This document shows, one piece after another, positions 20,128 through 31,119 of a stretch of 64,000 nt of DNA; within the stretch, counting starts at the first letter, position 1, and the number at the start of each line of letters is the position of its first letter. This DNA is from Spirulina sp. (GTDB lineage: Bacteria > Cyanobacteriota > Cyanobacteriia > Phormidesmidales > Phormidesmidaceae), in contig JBIPSI010000022.1 of the NCBI GenBank assembly GCA_044070495.1, forward strand, positions 1-64,000. Reading direction: 5' to 3'. A program made the translations under genes and the position numbers. A model generated the notes under the pieces. The model was given only the letters and a program-made list of their open reading frames with translations. It was not told the origin of the DNA and ran no database searches.

Positions 20128-22392
20128 ATGACAACTACCCCGCGCGAGCGGGAGGCGAAGGTCAAGGTCACCGTTGATAAGAACCCAGTGCCTACTTCCT
20201 TCGAGAAGTGGGGCAAGCCGGGTCACTTTGATCGGACTTTGGCCAAAGGCCCCAAAACCACCACTTGGATTTGGAACCTCCACGCCGACGCTCACGATTT
20301 CGATAGTCATACCAGTGACCTAGAAGACATTTCGCGCAAGATCTTTAGTGCGCACTTCGGTCACCTAGCCGTCATCTTTATCTGGCTTAGCGGCATGTAC
20401 TTCCATGGCGCTAAGTTTTCCAACTACGAAGCCTGGATGACCAACCCCACGGGCTTCAAGCCCAGCGCCCAGGTCGTTTGGCCCATCTTTGGCCAAGAGA
20501 TCCTGAACGCCGATGTGGGTGGCGGTTTCCAGGGGATTCAAATTACCTCTGGTCTATTCCAACTGTGGCGGGCCTCCGGCTTCACCAACGGCTTCCAGCT
20601 CTACTGCACCGCCATTGGTGCCCTCGTGATGGCTGGCCTAATGCTGTTTGCGGGCTGGTTCCACTACCACAAGGCCGCTCCCAAGCTGGAATGGTTCCAA
20701 AACGTGGAATCGATGATGAACCACCACCTGGCGGGCCTGCTCGGTCTGGGCTGCCTGGGTTGGGCCGGTCACCAAATCCACGTCTCGCTGCCTGTAAACA
20801 AAATGCTGGATGCGGGCGTGGCTCCGCAGGATATCCCCCTGCCCCACGAGTTCATCCTGAATAAGAGCTTGATGGCGGATCTGTACCCCAGCTTTGCCGA
20901 GGGTCTGAAGCCCTTCTTCACCCTCAACTGGGGCGTGTACTCCGACTTCCTTACCTTCAAGGGTGGGATCAACCCCGTCACCGGTGGTCTGTGGCTGTCT
21001 GATACGGCTCACCACCACCTGGCGCTGGCGGTTCTCTTCATCGTTGCGGGCCACATGTACCGCACCAACTGGGGCATCGGCCACAGCATGAAGGAAATCC
21101 TGGAAGGCCACAAGGGCGACCCCCTACTGTTTGGTGGCAAGGGCCACGATGGCCTGTACGAGAACCTGACCACCTCCTGGCACGCCCAGTTGGCGGTTAA
21201 CCTGGCCATCCTCGGTTCCATCACCATCATCGTGGCGCAGCACATGTACGCCATGCCTCCCTATCCGTACATCGCGACGGATTACCCCACCCAACTGTCG
21301 CTGTTTACCCACCACATGTGGATTGGCGGCTTCCTGATTGTGGGGGCTGCGGCCCACGCCGCCATCTTCATGGTGCGCGACTACGATCCCGCCGTGAACA
21401 TGGATAACGCCCTGGATCGGATGCTCCGTTCCCGCGATGCGATTATCTCCCACCTCAACTGGGTGTGTATTTTCCTCGGCTTCCATAGCTTTGGTCTGTA
21501 CATCCACAACGACACCATGCGGGCTCTGGGCCGTCCCCAGGATATGTTCTCGGATTCCGCGATTCAGCTTCAGCCCATCTTTGCTCAGTGGGTGCAAAGC
21601 TTCCACGCCGCTGCCGCTGGCGGTACCGCTCCCAACGCCCTAGCTGGGGTTAGCCCCATCTTCGGTGGCGATGTGATTGCGGTGGCTGGCAAAGTGGCGA
21701 TGATGCCCATGACCCTCGGCACCGCCGACTTCATGGTGCACCACATCCATGCCTTCACCATTCACGTGACGGCGCTGATTCTTCTCAAAGGCGTGCTGTA
21801 CGCTCGCAGCTCTCGTCTGGTGCCCGACAAAGGCGAACTGGGCTTCCGGTTCCCCTGCGATGGCCCCGGTCGGGGTGGCACCTGTCAGGTTTCCGGTTGG
21901 GACCACGTGTTCCTGGGCCTGTTCTGGATGTACAACTCCCTGTCCATCGTGATTTTCCACTTTAGCTGGAAGATGCAGTCCGACATTTGGGGTACCGTTA
22001 GCCCCGATGGCACCGTGTCTCACATCACGGGCGGTAACTTTGCCCAAAGCGCCATCACCATCAACGGTTGGCTGCGCGACTTCCTCTGGGCACAGGCTTC
22101 TCAGGTGATTGGTTCCTACGGTTCCGCCCTGTCGGCCTACGGCCTCATGTTCCTGGGTGCCCACTTTGTTTGGGCCTTCAGCCTCATGTTCCTGTTCAGT
22201 GGTCGCGGCTACTGGCAAGAGCTGATCGAGTCCATCGTCTGGGCTCACAACAAACTCAAGGTGGCTCCCGCCATCCAGCCTCGCGCTCTGAGCATCACTC
22301 AGGGTCGGGCGGTGGGTGTGGCTCACTACCTCCTCGGAGGCATTGCCACCACCTGGGCCTTCTTCCTGGCTCGTATCATCGCGGTGGGCTAG
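20128..22392 (+). CDS. psaA: Photosystem I P700 apoprotein A1
   Basis: [43 protein letters not shown]. Confidence 0.99.
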   Translation: MTTTPREREAKVKVTVDKNPVPTSFEKWGKPGHFDRTLAKGPKTTTWIWNLHADAHDFDSHTSDLEDISRKIFSAHFGHLAVIFIWLSGMYFHGAKFSNYEAWMTNPTGFKPSAQVVWPIFGQEILNADVGGGFQGIQITSGLFQLWRASGFTNGFQLYCTAIGALVMAGLMLFAGWFHYHKAAPKLEWFQNVESMMNHHLAGLLGLGCLGWAGHQIHVSLPVNKMLDAGVAPQDIPLPHEFILNKSLMADLYPSFAEGLKPFFTLNWGVYSDFLTFKGGINPVTGGLWLSDTAHHHLALAVLFIVAGHMYRTNWGIGHSMKEILEGHKGDPLLFGGKGHDGLYENLTTSWHAQLAVNLAILGSITIIVAQHMYAMPPYPYIATDYPTQLSLFTHHMWIGGFLIVGAAAHAAIFMVRDYDPAVNMDNALDRMLRSRDAIISHLNWVCIFLGFHSFGLYIHNDTMRALGRPQDMFSDSAIQLQPIFAQWVQSFHAAAAGGTAPNALAGVSPIFGGDVIAVAGKVAMMPMTLGTADFMVHHIHAFTIHVTALILLKGVLYARSSRLVPDKGELGFRFPCDGPGRGGTCQVSGWDHVFLGLFWMYNSLSIVIFHFSWKMQSDIWGTVSPDGTVSHITGGNFAQSAITINGWLRDFLWAQASQVIGSYGSALSAYGLMFLGAHFVWAFSLMFLFSGRGYWQELIESIVWAHNKLKVAPAIQPRALSITQGRAVGVAHYLLGGIATTWAFFLARIIAVG

Positions 22393-22512
22393 GTTTCTCG
22401 TCATGGAATCTCCTGGGGGGAAACCCAGGGCAGACACATCGGTCAGCCCCTACGGGTTTCTCCCTACCAGCCGCAACATGACTCAAATGTCGTACTAAAT
22501 CCGTTTTGATTC

Positions 22513-24714
22513 ATGGCAACTAAATTCCCTAAATTTAGCCAGGATCTGGCAGCCGATCCGACCACACGGCGGATCTGGTACGGGATTGCCACCGCCCACG
22601 ACTTTGAAAGCCACGATGGCATGACGGAGGAGAATCTTTACCAAAAGATTTTCGCCTCCCACTTCGGCCACCTGGCAATCATCTTCCTGTGGACTTCGGG
22701 CAACCTGTTCCACGTCGCCTGGCAAGGTAACTTCGAGCAGTGGATCAAAGATCCGCTCAACGTCAAGCCCATCGCCCACGCGATCTGGGATCCCCACTTT
22801 GGTCAGCCTGCGGTAGACGCCTTCTCCCAAGCTGGTTCCTCTACGCCTGTTAACGTCGCCTTCTCCGGGGTTTACCACTGGTGGTACACCATCGGGATGC
22901 GCACCAACACCGACCTGTACTCCGGGGCTGTGTTCCTGCTGATTCTGTCCGCCATCTTCCTGTTTGCAGGTTGGCTGCACCTTCAGCCCAAGTTCCGCCC
23001 CAGCCTGTCCTGGTTTAAGAACGCTGAATCTCGCCTTAACCACCACCTGGCGGGTCTGTTCGGCGTCAGCTCCCTAGCTTGGACGGGTCACCTGGTACAC
23101 GTCGCCATCCCCGAATCTCGCGGTGTCCATGTGGGTTGGGATAACTTCCTTTCCATGAAGCCCCACCCCGAAGGTCTGATGCCCTTCTTCACCGGAAACT
23201 GGGGCGTGTATGCCCAGAACCCCGATACCTCTAGCCATGTCTTCGGCACGGCGACCGGCGCGGGTTCTGCCATCCTCACCTTCCTGGGTGGGTTCCATCC
23301 CCAGACCGAGTCTCTGTGGTTGACCGACATGGCTCACCACCACCTGGCCATCGCGGTGATCTTCATCGTGGCTGGGCATATGTACCGCACCAACTTTGGG
23401 ATTGGCCACAGCATCAAGGAAATCTTGAATGCCCACAAGCCCCCCGCAGGCGGTCTCGGTGAAGGCCACAAGGGTCTCTATGACACCCTGAACAACTCCC
23501 TTCACTTCCAACTGGCGCTGGCCCTGGCTAGCCTCGGTGTAGTCACCTCCCTGGTGGCGCAGCACATGTACGCGCTACCTCCCTACGCCTTCATGGCCAA
23601 GGACTACACGACCATGGCGGCCCTGTACACCCACCACCAGTACATCGCTGGCTTCATCATGGTGGGGGCCTTCGCCCACGGTGCCATCTTCCTGATCCGG
23701 GACTACGATCCCGCTGCTAACAAGAACAACGTCCTCGACCGCGTTCTTCAGCACAAGGAAGCCATCATCTCCCACCTAAGCTGGGTGTCCCTGTTCCTGG
23801 GTTTCCACACCCTGGGTCTGTACGTCCACAACGATGTGGTGGTGGCCTTTGGCACCCCCGAAAAGCAAATCCTGGTTGAGCCTGTCTTCGCCCAGTTCGT
23901 GCAAGCGGCCTCCGGTAAACTGCTCTACGGCTTCGATACCCTGCTGTCCAATGCCGACAGCGTGACCCAAACCGCCAACGCCGTTTGGCTGCCCGGCTGG
24001 TTTGAGGCCATCAACAGCAACGCCAACTCGCTGTTCCTGACCATTGGCCCTGGCGACTTCCTGGTGCACCATGCCATCGCCCTGGGTCTGCACACCACCA
24101 CCCTAATTCTGGTCAAGGGTGCTCTGGATGCCCGTGGCTCCAAGCTGATGCCCGACAAGAAGGACTTCGGCTACAGCTTCCCCTGCGACGGCCCTGGCCG
24201 TGGCGGCACCTGCGACATCTCCGCTTGGGATTCCTTCTACCTGGCGATGTTCTGGATGCTGAACACCATCGGCTGGACCACCTTCTACTGGCACTGGAAG
24301 CACCTCAGCATCTGGTCTGGTAACGTGGCTCAATTCAACGAGTCCTCTAACTACCTGATGGGCTGGCTGCGCGACTACCTGTGGCTCAACAGCTCTCAGC
24401 TCATCAACGGCTACAACCCCTACGGCATGAACAACCTCGCCGTCTGGGCCTGGATGTTCCTCTTTGGACACCTGGTTTGGGCTACCGGCTTCATGTTCCT
24501 GATCTCCTGGCGGGGTTACTGGCAAGAGCTGATCGAAACCATCGTGTGGGCGCACGAACGCACTCCCCTGGCGAACCTGGTTCGCTGGAAGGACAAGCCC
24601 GTTGCTCTCTCCATCGTTCAAGCTCGTCTGGTGGGTCTGGCTCACTTCACCGTGGGTTACATCCTCACCTACGCCGCCTTCCTAATCGCCTCCACCTCCA
24701 GCCGCTTCGGCTAA
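22513..24714 (+). CDS. psaB: Photosystem I P700 apoprotein A2
   Basis: [50 protein letters not shown]. Confidence 0.99.
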   Translation: MATKFPKFSQDLAADPTTRRIWYGIATAHDFESHDGMTEENLYQKIFASHFGHLAIIFLWTSGNLFHVAWQGNFEQWIKDPLNVKPIAHAIWDPHFGQPAVDAFSQAGSSTPVNVAFSGVYHWWYTIGMRTNTDLYSGAVFLLILSAIFLFAGWLHLQPKFRPSLSWFKNAESRLNHHLAGLFGVSSLAWTGHLVHVAIPESRGVHVGWDNFLSMKPHPEGLMPFFTGNWGVYAQNPDTSSHVFGTATGAGSAILTFLGGFHPQTESLWLTDMAHHHLAIAVIFIVAGHMYRTNFGIGHSIKEILNAHKPPAGGLGEGHKGLYDTLNNSLHFQLALALASLGVVTSLVAQHMYALPPYAFMAKDYTTMAALYTHHQYIAGFIMVGAFAHGAIFLIRDYDPAANKNNVLDRVLQHKEAIISHLSWVSLFLGFHTLGLYVHNDVVVAFGTPEKQILVEPVFAQFVQAASGKLLYGFDTLLSNADSVTQTANAVWLPGWFEAINSNANSLFLTIGPGDFLVHHAIALGLHTTTLILVKGALDARGSKLMPDKKDFGYSFPCDGPGRGGTCDISAWDSFYLAMFWMLNTIGWTTFYWHWKHLSIWSGNVAQFNESSNYLMGWLRDYLWLNSSQLINGYNPYGMNNLAVWAWMFLFGHLVWATGFMFLISWRGYWQELIETIVWAHERTPLANLVRWKDKPVALSIVQARLVGLAHFTVGYILTYAAFLIASTSSRFG

Positions 24715-24742
24715 GGCTCGGCCTAGTTAGGTAAACACATTC

Positions 24743-24780
24743 AGCCCTCCTCGGTGTTCTGCTCCGGGGAGGGTTGTTTT
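24743..24780 (+). terminator. psaB intrinsic terminator
   Basis: AGCCCTCCTCGG-loop-CCGGGGAGGGTT followed by GTTTT. Confidence 0.8.
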
Positions 24781-24817
24781 ATAGTGATGGCTACATCAGG
24801 CGGGTTGGATAGACGCA

Positions 24818-25285
24818 ATGCCTCAACGAGATTCAATTCACTATGCGGTTAGGCAAGCGTTGATTAACGATGGCTGGAGCATTACCGCCGATCCCTACGT
24901 CATCTCCTACGGAGAGCGCTTCCTGTTTATAGACCTGGGTGCGGCTGAAACATCGGGTGATAATGGAAGAGAGTCGCGCTTTATTGGGGCTCAGCGTGGC
25001 GCTAGTCAAATTGCTGTTGAGGTAAAAGAGTTTCGGCGGGCATCGGCCATTGCTGATTTAGAACAGGCTATTGGTCAGTACGTGCTCTATCGCCTATTGT
25101 TGAATCAAGTTGATCCAGAGCGCGATCTATATTTAGCGATTGATGAGAATACCTTTGCCGATATTTTTAAGGAACCCATTGGGGAACTGGTAATACGCGA
25201 CCTGCCACTAAATTTGCTGATCGTAGATGTAGAACTCTCGGAGGTAACGCAGTGGATACCCCCACGACGGATCGAGACATTGTGA
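24818..25285 (+). CDS. xisH: XisH family protein
   Basis: RD.IH.AVRQALI.DGW.IT.DP, IAVEVKEF, DLEQAIGQY.LY. Confidence 0.88.
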   Translation: MPQRDSIHYAVRQALINDGWSITADPYVISYGERFLFIDLGAAETSGDNGRESRFIGAQRGASQIAVEVKEFRRASAIADLEQAIGQYVLYRLLLNQVDPERDLYLAIDENTFADIFKEPIGELVIRDLPLNLLIVDVELSEVTQWIPPRRIETL

Positions 25286-25593
25286 AGCAAGTGATTGAGC
25301 GCTACGCCAAATTTGTGCCATCCCACGGCAATATTCGCCTAGATACCGTCTTTGATGACCAGCAGGGGCGCTATGCGCTGATGCAAGTCGGTTGGGATAG
25401 AGGCCGACGAGTAAGAGGCAACTTGATTTACGTCACCCTTCAGCAGGGCCAAGTCTGGATTGAGTATGACGGTATGGAACAGGGAATTGCCCAAGACCTG
25501 ATTCAAGGTGGTATTGCTCCGGAGCGTATTGTCCTGAAGTTTGTTTCGGAAGCAGGTAGCCCGATCACGCCAAAGCTAGAATATGTGGGCTAA
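25252..25593 (+). CDS. xisI: XisI family protein
   Basis: VFDD..GRY.LMQVGW, VWIEYDGMEQGIA.DL..GI..E.IVL.F. Confidence 0.88.
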   Translation: MDTPTTDRDIVKQVIERYAKFVPSHGNIRLDTVFDDQQGRYALMQVGWDRGRRVRGNLIYVTLQQGQVWIEYDGMEQGIAQDLIQGGIAPERIVLKFVSEAGSPITPKLEYVG

Positions 25594-25599
25594 ATAGTC

Positions 25600-25953
25600 A
25601 TGGTGGATGTCATTGATGATGCCCAATTCCTAGAACAGTACCAGCGAGCTATAGAAGCCGCTAACCAAGCCAAGGCGACAGAACCTCAAGCGGTATCAGT
25701 CCACTACGACGATATAAACCGCTTGATTGTAATTCGCCTTAACAGTGGGGCATTATTTAGCTTCCCGCCAGATATCGTCCAGGGTTTAGCGGGTGCATCA
25801 CCAGAAGACCTAGCAGCCGTAGAGATTACACCTTCTAGAACAGGACTGCATTGGGAAAAGCTAGATGCCGACTTCTCTGTATCGGGTCTTCTCAGTGGTC
25901 GATTCGGAACAAAAGCCTGGATGACGAAGCGACAAGAAACTGGGCAGTGCTAG
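25600..25953 (+). CDS. DUF2442 family putative antitoxin
   Basis: QGLAGASPEDL..VEITP..TGLHWE.LDADFSV.GLL.G.FGTK.WM; no upstream DUF4160 partner. Confidence 0.8.
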   Translation: MVDVIDDAQFLEQYQRAIEAANQAKATEPQAVSVHYDDINRLIVIRLNSGALFSFPPDIVQGLAGASPEDLAAVEITPSRTGLHWEKLDADFSVSGLLSGRFGTKAWMTKRQETGQC

Positions 25954-26016
25954 TCAGATTGATTAAAGTTGTCTAGCGATAGACGAGACATTTCATAGAA
26001 AATAGAGAGCGCTACT

Positions 26017-26226
26017 ATGACCCTTCAAGACTTAATTAAAGAAGCCCAGCAACTAACCTGGCAAGAGCAGTTTCAGTTAGCGACGCGACTATTGCAATGG
26101 GTTGAAGCTAAAATGCAAGTCCAACCCTTAAAAGAGCGCCAGCCTGATTTACATCCAGATGCCTTTGTCATAGCCGATGATTTTGATGCCCCCCTCCCAG
26201 ATAGCTTTTGGTTAGGCGAACCATGA
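26017..26226 (+). CDS. VapB-like antitoxin
   Basis: Ends IADDFDAPLPDSFWLGE; ATGA-coupled to the PIN gene. Confidence 0.75.
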   Translation: MTLQDLIKEAQQLTWQEQFQLATRLLQWVEAKMQVQPLKERQPDLHPDAFVIADDFDAPLPDSFWLGEP

Positions 26227-26609
26227 AATTGTTGCTGGACACACACACGTTTATTTGGTGGGATAGCCAATCTAGTCAGATTCCCCCAGCAACGTTAGCT
26301 CTGATTAAAAAGCCTCAAAATGATCTCATGGTCAGCTTAGGCAGCATTTGGGAAATTCAAATCAAGACCCACTTGGGTAAACTTGCGCTACGGGCTCCTC
26401 TTCTAGATATTCTTCAACAGCAACAAGCTGAGAATGGACTCGTCTTGCTACCCATTACTTTGGCTCACATTGTTGAACTTGACTGCCTACCCTGGTATCA
26501 CAAGGATCCTTTTGATCGTTTGCTAATTGCTCAAAGCCGTATTGAGTCAGCTATGCTTGTTAGCAAGGATACAGCCTTCCATCAATACGACTGCCAGCTA
26601 ATCTGGTAA
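26223..26609 (+). CDS. vapC: VapC PIN-domain toxin
   Basis: MKLLLDTHTFIWW, S.WEI.IK, HKDPFDRLLIAQ, LVSKD. Confidence 0.9.
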   Translation: MKLLLDTHTFIWWDSQSSQIPPATLALIKKPQNDLMVSLGSIWEIQIKTHLGKLALRAPLLDILQQQQAENGLVLLPITLAHIVELDCLPWYHKDPFDRLLIAQSRIESAMLVSKDTAFHQYDCQLIW

Positions 26610-26681
26610 GCCTGGGTTAGAGTGATCAGTCGCTACGCTAAGTTCCTATCAGGCTATCTTTGGACATATATTTAGATCACC

Positions 26682-27524
26682 ATGAAAATCGGAAAATTGG
26701 TTAAGCAAAACCTCCCCGGAATCTTTCGTTATTGTGAGCATGTAAATCATGACGAAATTCAGTCCCTCCTTGATCCCAAGTATTCCAAAGCTAACTTTGG
26801 GGTTAATTTCCCATTCTGCGCTCTAGTCGAAGATATTGATCAGTCGTTGTCTAAACGATATTGGACAGAGATCTATTTGGTCAGGGGAAAGCAAGTACGT
26901 ATTACGAGCCAATGGTTTGAATCGAGTCGAACTCCTTTTGAAGACTACCTTTCACGCAAGAATATTGAGATTACCGTCTCTGATGATCAGGGCGACAAGG
27001 CTGTAGACCTTCAGGAATCTAGTGCCAAAAAGCCTTCTAATCGCGCTAATAGTCGTTATCGGGGGAATCCTATCGGCAATGCCCAAAACCTATTTATTAG
27101 GAATATCCTCAGCAGTCTGGGCGTCGAGTCCTTTAGTGAAGCTGATTGGAAAGCAACTAAAGAATATTTTGAAAACAAATGTGCTTATTGTGGCGCAGAG
27201 ACAGACCTAGTAATTGAACACGCGATTCCCATCAATCGGGAGAAGCTTGGAGAGCATAGACTTGGAAATTTAATTCCAAGTTGCAAAGCCTGTAACACTA
27301 GTAAGGCTGGAAAGGATTTTAGAGAGTTTCTTTCAGGAGATACAGCAACTATTGAAAGAATAGAGGCTTACATGGACAGTAAAGATTATGTTCCTCTGGA
27401 AGATAACGAACAGATGAAGATGATTTTGAATATGGCTCACCGTGAAGTCTCTGCCCTTGCAGATCGATACATCACGATTATCAATGAACTCTTCTTTCTA
27501 GGATCAAATGATGAAAATGAGTAA
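26682..27524 (+). CDS. HNH endonuclease with an uncharacterised N-terminal domain
   Basis: CAYCG...EHAIP...GEH..GNLIPSCKACNTSK; AT-rich relative to core genes. Confidence 0.85.
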   Translation: MKIGKLVKQNLPGIFRYCEHVNHDEIQSLLDPKYSKANFGVNFPFCALVEDIDQSLSKRYWTEIYLVRGKQVRITSQWFESSRTPFEDYLSRKNIEITVSDDQGDKAVDLQESSAKKPSNRANSRYRGNPIGNAQNLFIRNILSSLGVESFSEADWKATKEYFENKCAYCGAETDLVIEHAIPINREKLGEHRLGNLIPSCKACNTSKAGKDFREFLSGDTATIERIEAYMDSKDYVPLEDNEQMKMILNMAHREVSALADRYITIINELFFLGSNDENE

Positions 27525-27598
27525 TCTTTGCATCAAATTAAGCTGATCGATTGGGAATCGGGAGCGACAGATATTTTTTATGAGATAATCTTAGAATC

Positions 27599-27835
27599 AT
27601 GAATCGAGAAGTCACTCAAACCATTGCCTCAGAAGTACAACTATTCCAGACTCTTGATCAAAAAGAAAACTTTCTCTTTTTGATTGGTGCTTTGCTGGCC
27701 AGAGTCATCAGCCTCAAGAAAGCGTCAGAAATCATGCAGCTTGAGCCTTCGGAATTTCTCAAAATCCTCGATCTAATGGGAATTGAGTTCTCCTATCTAT
27801 CTGAAGAGGATATTGAGATAGAGAAAATCTGGTGA
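27599..27835 (+). CDS. UPF0175-like HTH antitoxin
   Basis: ISLKKASEIMQL...EFL..L...GI; upstream of a DUF3368 PIN gene. Confidence 0.7.
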   Translation: MNREVTQTIASEVQLFQTLDQKENFLFLIGALLARVISLKKASEIMQLEPSEFLKILDLMGIEFSYLSEEDIEIEKIW

Positions 27836-27839
27836 ACAG

Positions 27840-28325
27840 ATGCAGATTGTCATTAACTCATCACCACTAATTTTCCTGGCGAAGCTTAGCTATCTTGGTC
27901 AGTTTCTTGACTATCCTGATAATTTTTATGTCCCACAATCCGTCGCAGATGAGATTTCAGCGAAACTAGATCCCGCTAGCCAGATGGTTCAAACTTTTCT
28001 TGACTCTGGTGTTCTTCAAGTTCATGTGGTTGCTCTCAGCAATCTCGCCCAAAGTCTCAATCGACGTTTAGGTCGAGGTGAGTCCGATGCAATTGCCCTA
28101 GGTATTCAACTAAACGCAGACTATGTTCTACTGGATGACCTCGCGGTGAGAAAAGAGGCCATTCGTCTTGGCTTGGCGATCAAAGGTACATTAGCTGCCA
28201 TTCATAAAATGAATAGAGATAGAAAGATTATAGTTGACGACTTAGATGATCTTTATGTCCGTTGTATCGAAATTAATTTCAGAATTAAACGATCAATCTT
28301 TAATCAGATCTTTATGGATAAATAA
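27840..28325 (+). CDS. DUF3368 / PIN-domain putative toxin
   Basis: VINSSPLIFLAKL, VPQSVADE, LGRGESDAIAL, LLDD..R..A..LGL...GTL. Confidence 0.85.
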   Translation: MQIVINSSPLIFLAKLSYLGQFLDYPDNFYVPQSVADEISAKLDPASQMVQTFLDSGVLQVHVVALSNLAQSLNRRLGRGESDAIALGIQLNADYVLLDDLAVRKEAIRLGLAIKGTLAAIHKMNRDRKIIVDDLDDLYVRCIEINFRIKRSIFNQIFMDK

Positions 28326-28390
28326 TTCTCATTTTCTGCAAGCATAGACCAATTCTACCTGTCATAGAAACTTATTCGACTTCCAATATA

Positions 28391-28675
28391 ATGAATCCAG
28401 AGAAGGCTCGTCTAATTCAAGCTGTTGACCGATTTCCTGACTCGTTAATCAAGCCAGTGGTTGATTTTGTAGAGTTTCTGTTGTGGAGGGAAAAAGCTGC
28501 CTCTGAGGATACAGCCTCAGTTGAAAATATCCCAAATGAAGAGGATTCCGCTTGGCTCAACGCTGACCTCTCAAACTTAGGTGCCTATGAACCCTACGAA
28601 TGGGCCGAGGGAGAATTGGAAGAAGGAAAGCCCGTCAAGTATATTCCTGGCAAAGGGCTTGTGATTGAAGAATGA
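28391..28675 (+). CDS. DUF2281-like putative antitoxin (orphan)
   Basis: PD.L...VVDFVEFL.W, acidic tail; ATGA overlap with a very short stub ORF. Confidence 0.65.
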   Translation: MNPEKARLIQAVDRFPDSLIKPVVDFVEFLLWREKAASEDTASVENIPNEEDSAWLNADLSNLGAYEPYEWAEGELEEGKPVKYIPGKGLVIEE

Positions 28676-28763
28676 CGGAATGTCATCATTATGGGCTGAT
28701 GTAAGCGGGTTGGGATAGGGGCCGATGAGTTAGCGTTACCCAACCCGGTTGTACCGGTGATGG

Positions 28764-30050
28764 CTAGCGTGGATCGGCAATGGCTCCCACAAACAGCAGT
28801 GTCCCCGTTGGTCGATCTCGCAGGGCCACGATGAAGGGCCGATCCACGCGCAGATCAAAGGGTTGTTCTGGATCCACGACAATGGAGGTGGGCATGATGC
28901 CGACGACGGTGGCGGCGGACGCTTCGGCCCCAGATTCCGTGACTTCCAGGGTGGTTTTGTGGCGCACCTGGTTGATGGCGGCCTCTAGGGAGGTCAGCCT
29001 AGAAAAGTCGGCGGCATTGCTGAAGGCGACTCCCATCCCTAAACGTCGCAGGGCCGGAATCAGATCCGCTTCGTAGGCGGTGGTGAAGCGGGGCAGTTGG
29101 ACGATCCCTTCCCGTCGCCGAAATTGTCCCATCCAGGTGGCCCAATCTTCGGCGGCGAGTTGCGCCACCACGTCTGAAAGAGTCACCCCCTCGGCGGGAA
29201 GAATCACCTCAAAGCTAAGGGTTTCCTGTTCGCCGTAGGGTAAGCTGACGGCTTGCCATTGGTCGGTGGCAAGGTATTGAAAATTGCCCTGGCGCTGCAT
29301 GGCCGGATGCTGAATCTCGCTGCCATTTGCCAAGGTAAAGGGCTGATCGGCGGTGAGGGCGGGATCAAACTCGGTCGTCCAGTCGCCCTTGAAGTACAGG
29401 GCGTTCACTAGCAAAATCAGTTGGTCAGGGTCAATTTGATCCACCAGGGTGGGAATGTGGCCACGGGTTTGATCGCTCACCCAACGGTTAATTTGATCGG
29501 AAATGGCGGCATCGGCAAAGTCCACAGCAGCCACCTCGGCCCCGTAGTATTGGGTCATGGCGGCAATGAAGGCTGGGTAAACCGGGAGGTTCTGGTTCAT
29601 CCACAGGCCGTTGGCGAGGGCTAGATCAATCTCCGGTTCCGTTGCCGCCAACCGCTGCATCAGCGCTTGGTTGCCCTGGTTAATTTGGTCAAGGTCAAGC
29701 CCTTGCAGCCGCAGCGCTTCGGCCATGGCGACCTGGGTGTCTCCGGCGGCACCGTTGTAGGCCATCGAGAGCGCCATCGCCACGCTAACGGGCGAAATCA
29801 GCAGGTTTTCCTGGGGGGCTTCCTGGTGCAGTTGCCGAAATAGGGCTAACCCAAAGGCGGTTTGGGCCGTTGTGAGGGCGGGGTCAGTCATTTCAGATTG
29901 GGCCAGCAGGTCGGTTTTGGGTGCCATCGTGACATTCTCTGGAGTCGGGGGTGCGGGCGGTTGGGCTATGGACTGAACGCTACTCCAACCGCCCACCAAC
30001 GCCAAAAGGCTCAGGCTGAGGGCACCATACATCCATCGTGGGGCCATCAT
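28764..30050 (-). CDS. Secreted serpin
   Basis: NLLISPVS, NALYFKGDW, hinge EVTESGAEASAAT, VDRPF, TLLFVG.I.DP; signal peptide; start uncertain. Confidence 0.93.
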   Translation of the reverse strand: MMAPRWMYGALSLSLLALVGGWSSVQSIAQPPAPPTPENVTMAPKTDLLAQSEMTDPALTTAQTAFGLALFRQLHQEAPQENLLISPVSVAMALSMAYNGAAGDTQVAMAEALRLQGLDLDQINQGNQALMQRLAATEPEIDLALANGLWMNQNLPVYPAFIAAMTQYYGAEVAAVDFADAAISDQINRWVSDQTRGHIPTLVDQIDPDQLILLVNALYFKGDWTTEFDPALTADQPFTLANGSEIQHPAMQRQGNFQYLATDQWQAVSLPYGEQETLSFEVILPAEGVTLSDVVAQLAAEDWATWMGQFRRREGIVQLPRFTTAYEADLIPALRRLGMGVAFSNAADFSRLTSLEAAINQVRHKTTLEVTESGAEASAATVVGIMPTSIVVDPEQPFDLRVDRPFIVALRDRPTGTLLFVGAIADPR

Positions 30051-30262
30051 AGGTCTCATCCTTCATTTAAGGGGCTGATCCTACCTTGGCATAGGCCCAC
30101 GGCTACCCTGGGCTGGGTTACCAAATTGGAAACCCCGTTGCTGTCCAGCCCCATGGGCAGGGCACTTCGCAAATCAAATAAGAGTGCTATGAGTACATCG
30201 CGGAACGCCAACGTTGATGATTAGGCGACCCTAGACGTAAGGTTCAGGGAGGGGGTTGGCCA

Positions 30263-30499
30263 ATGAGTATCGTCATCTCAGATGAAATTTTGCAGGCCTC
30301 TCAGCTTACACCAAGCGAATTTCGACAAGAAATCGCTATCCATCTGTTTCAAACAGGACGTTTAACGCTGGGCTACGCGAGTCGCTTAGCTGATATGCCC
30401 CTCTACGCTTTCCGCCAGCTTCTCAAACCGCGCAACATAGCCCTGTACTCCTACGATGTTGAAGATTTCGAGCTAGATTTGAAAAATCTAAGTAGCTAG
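30263..30499 (+). pseudogene. UPF0175 family antitoxin with its 3' end cut by IS630
   Basis: EIAIHLFQ...LTLG.ASRLA.M....FRQLL..RNI; the IS begins at 30491 inside the last codons. Confidence 0.7.
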
Positions 30500-31119
30500 G
30501 CGCAATTAAATATAAAACGCTCCAATGCATACCCTCCGCCTACACTGCGCGATTCCATGCCGTCGATCACGGCCATCGCCAAATCGTATTCGTTATCAAA
30601 CATCTGACCTGCAATTTCATGGGCTTTGAGTTGCCGCCATTCCGTCTCAATTGGATACCATTCGGGAAGCAAGCTACATTTCCGAACAGTAAGGGGGCAG
30701 GAAAAATATGAACAACCCTTCTGCCAGCGAGACCACTGGTGCTGCACCAGACGACTGGTGTGTAACGACCCATTATCTTGCACCACCACGGTGATGCGCC
30801 CGGTCTCGGCTAACGTCAACGCGGCTTTCTGGGCTACCCAGTCCATCACGTCAATATAGCGATCTCCCTTGAAACCACCCTGACTCAAGGCATACTCAAA
30901 CCCCTGAGCGGGTTGCCACAATCCCAACATACTCATCCGGCGACCATACTGCTGGGGCGTCTGTGACCTCCGCTTCTGCTCTCCAATGCGGCTATAGCTG
31001 TAGCTGACGGAACTCCAAAGACAGAACCCCGCTTCGTCCAGGTACTTGATCGCAACATGACCGTCCTTCGCCGCCTGCGTCAGGGTCGCTAAGTCCGCCT
31101 GCTTCAGCGCCTTTTTCAC
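30496..31119 (-). pseudogene. IS630 transposase, DDE part
   Basis: YLDEAGF, VVQDNGSLH, PIETEW; the conserved FFLPPYCSEM lies in another frame. Confidence 0.85.

Noticed and set aside
21100..21180. PsaA loop variant [20 protein letters not shown] as a far-red paralog
   Set aside because: Similar loop insertions occur in ordinary cyanobacterial PsaA, and no far-red cluster genes are nearby
20478..24734. Long antisense and alternative-frame ORFs over psaA/psaB (also over SNF2, acsF, SulP)
   Set aside because: Expected shadows of strong codon bias in GC-rich genes; no recognisable motifs
24818..25593. xisH/xisI as evidence of an fdxN-type excision element
   Set aside because: No recombinase or interrupted nif gene; XisH/XisI pairs are common among TA-like genes
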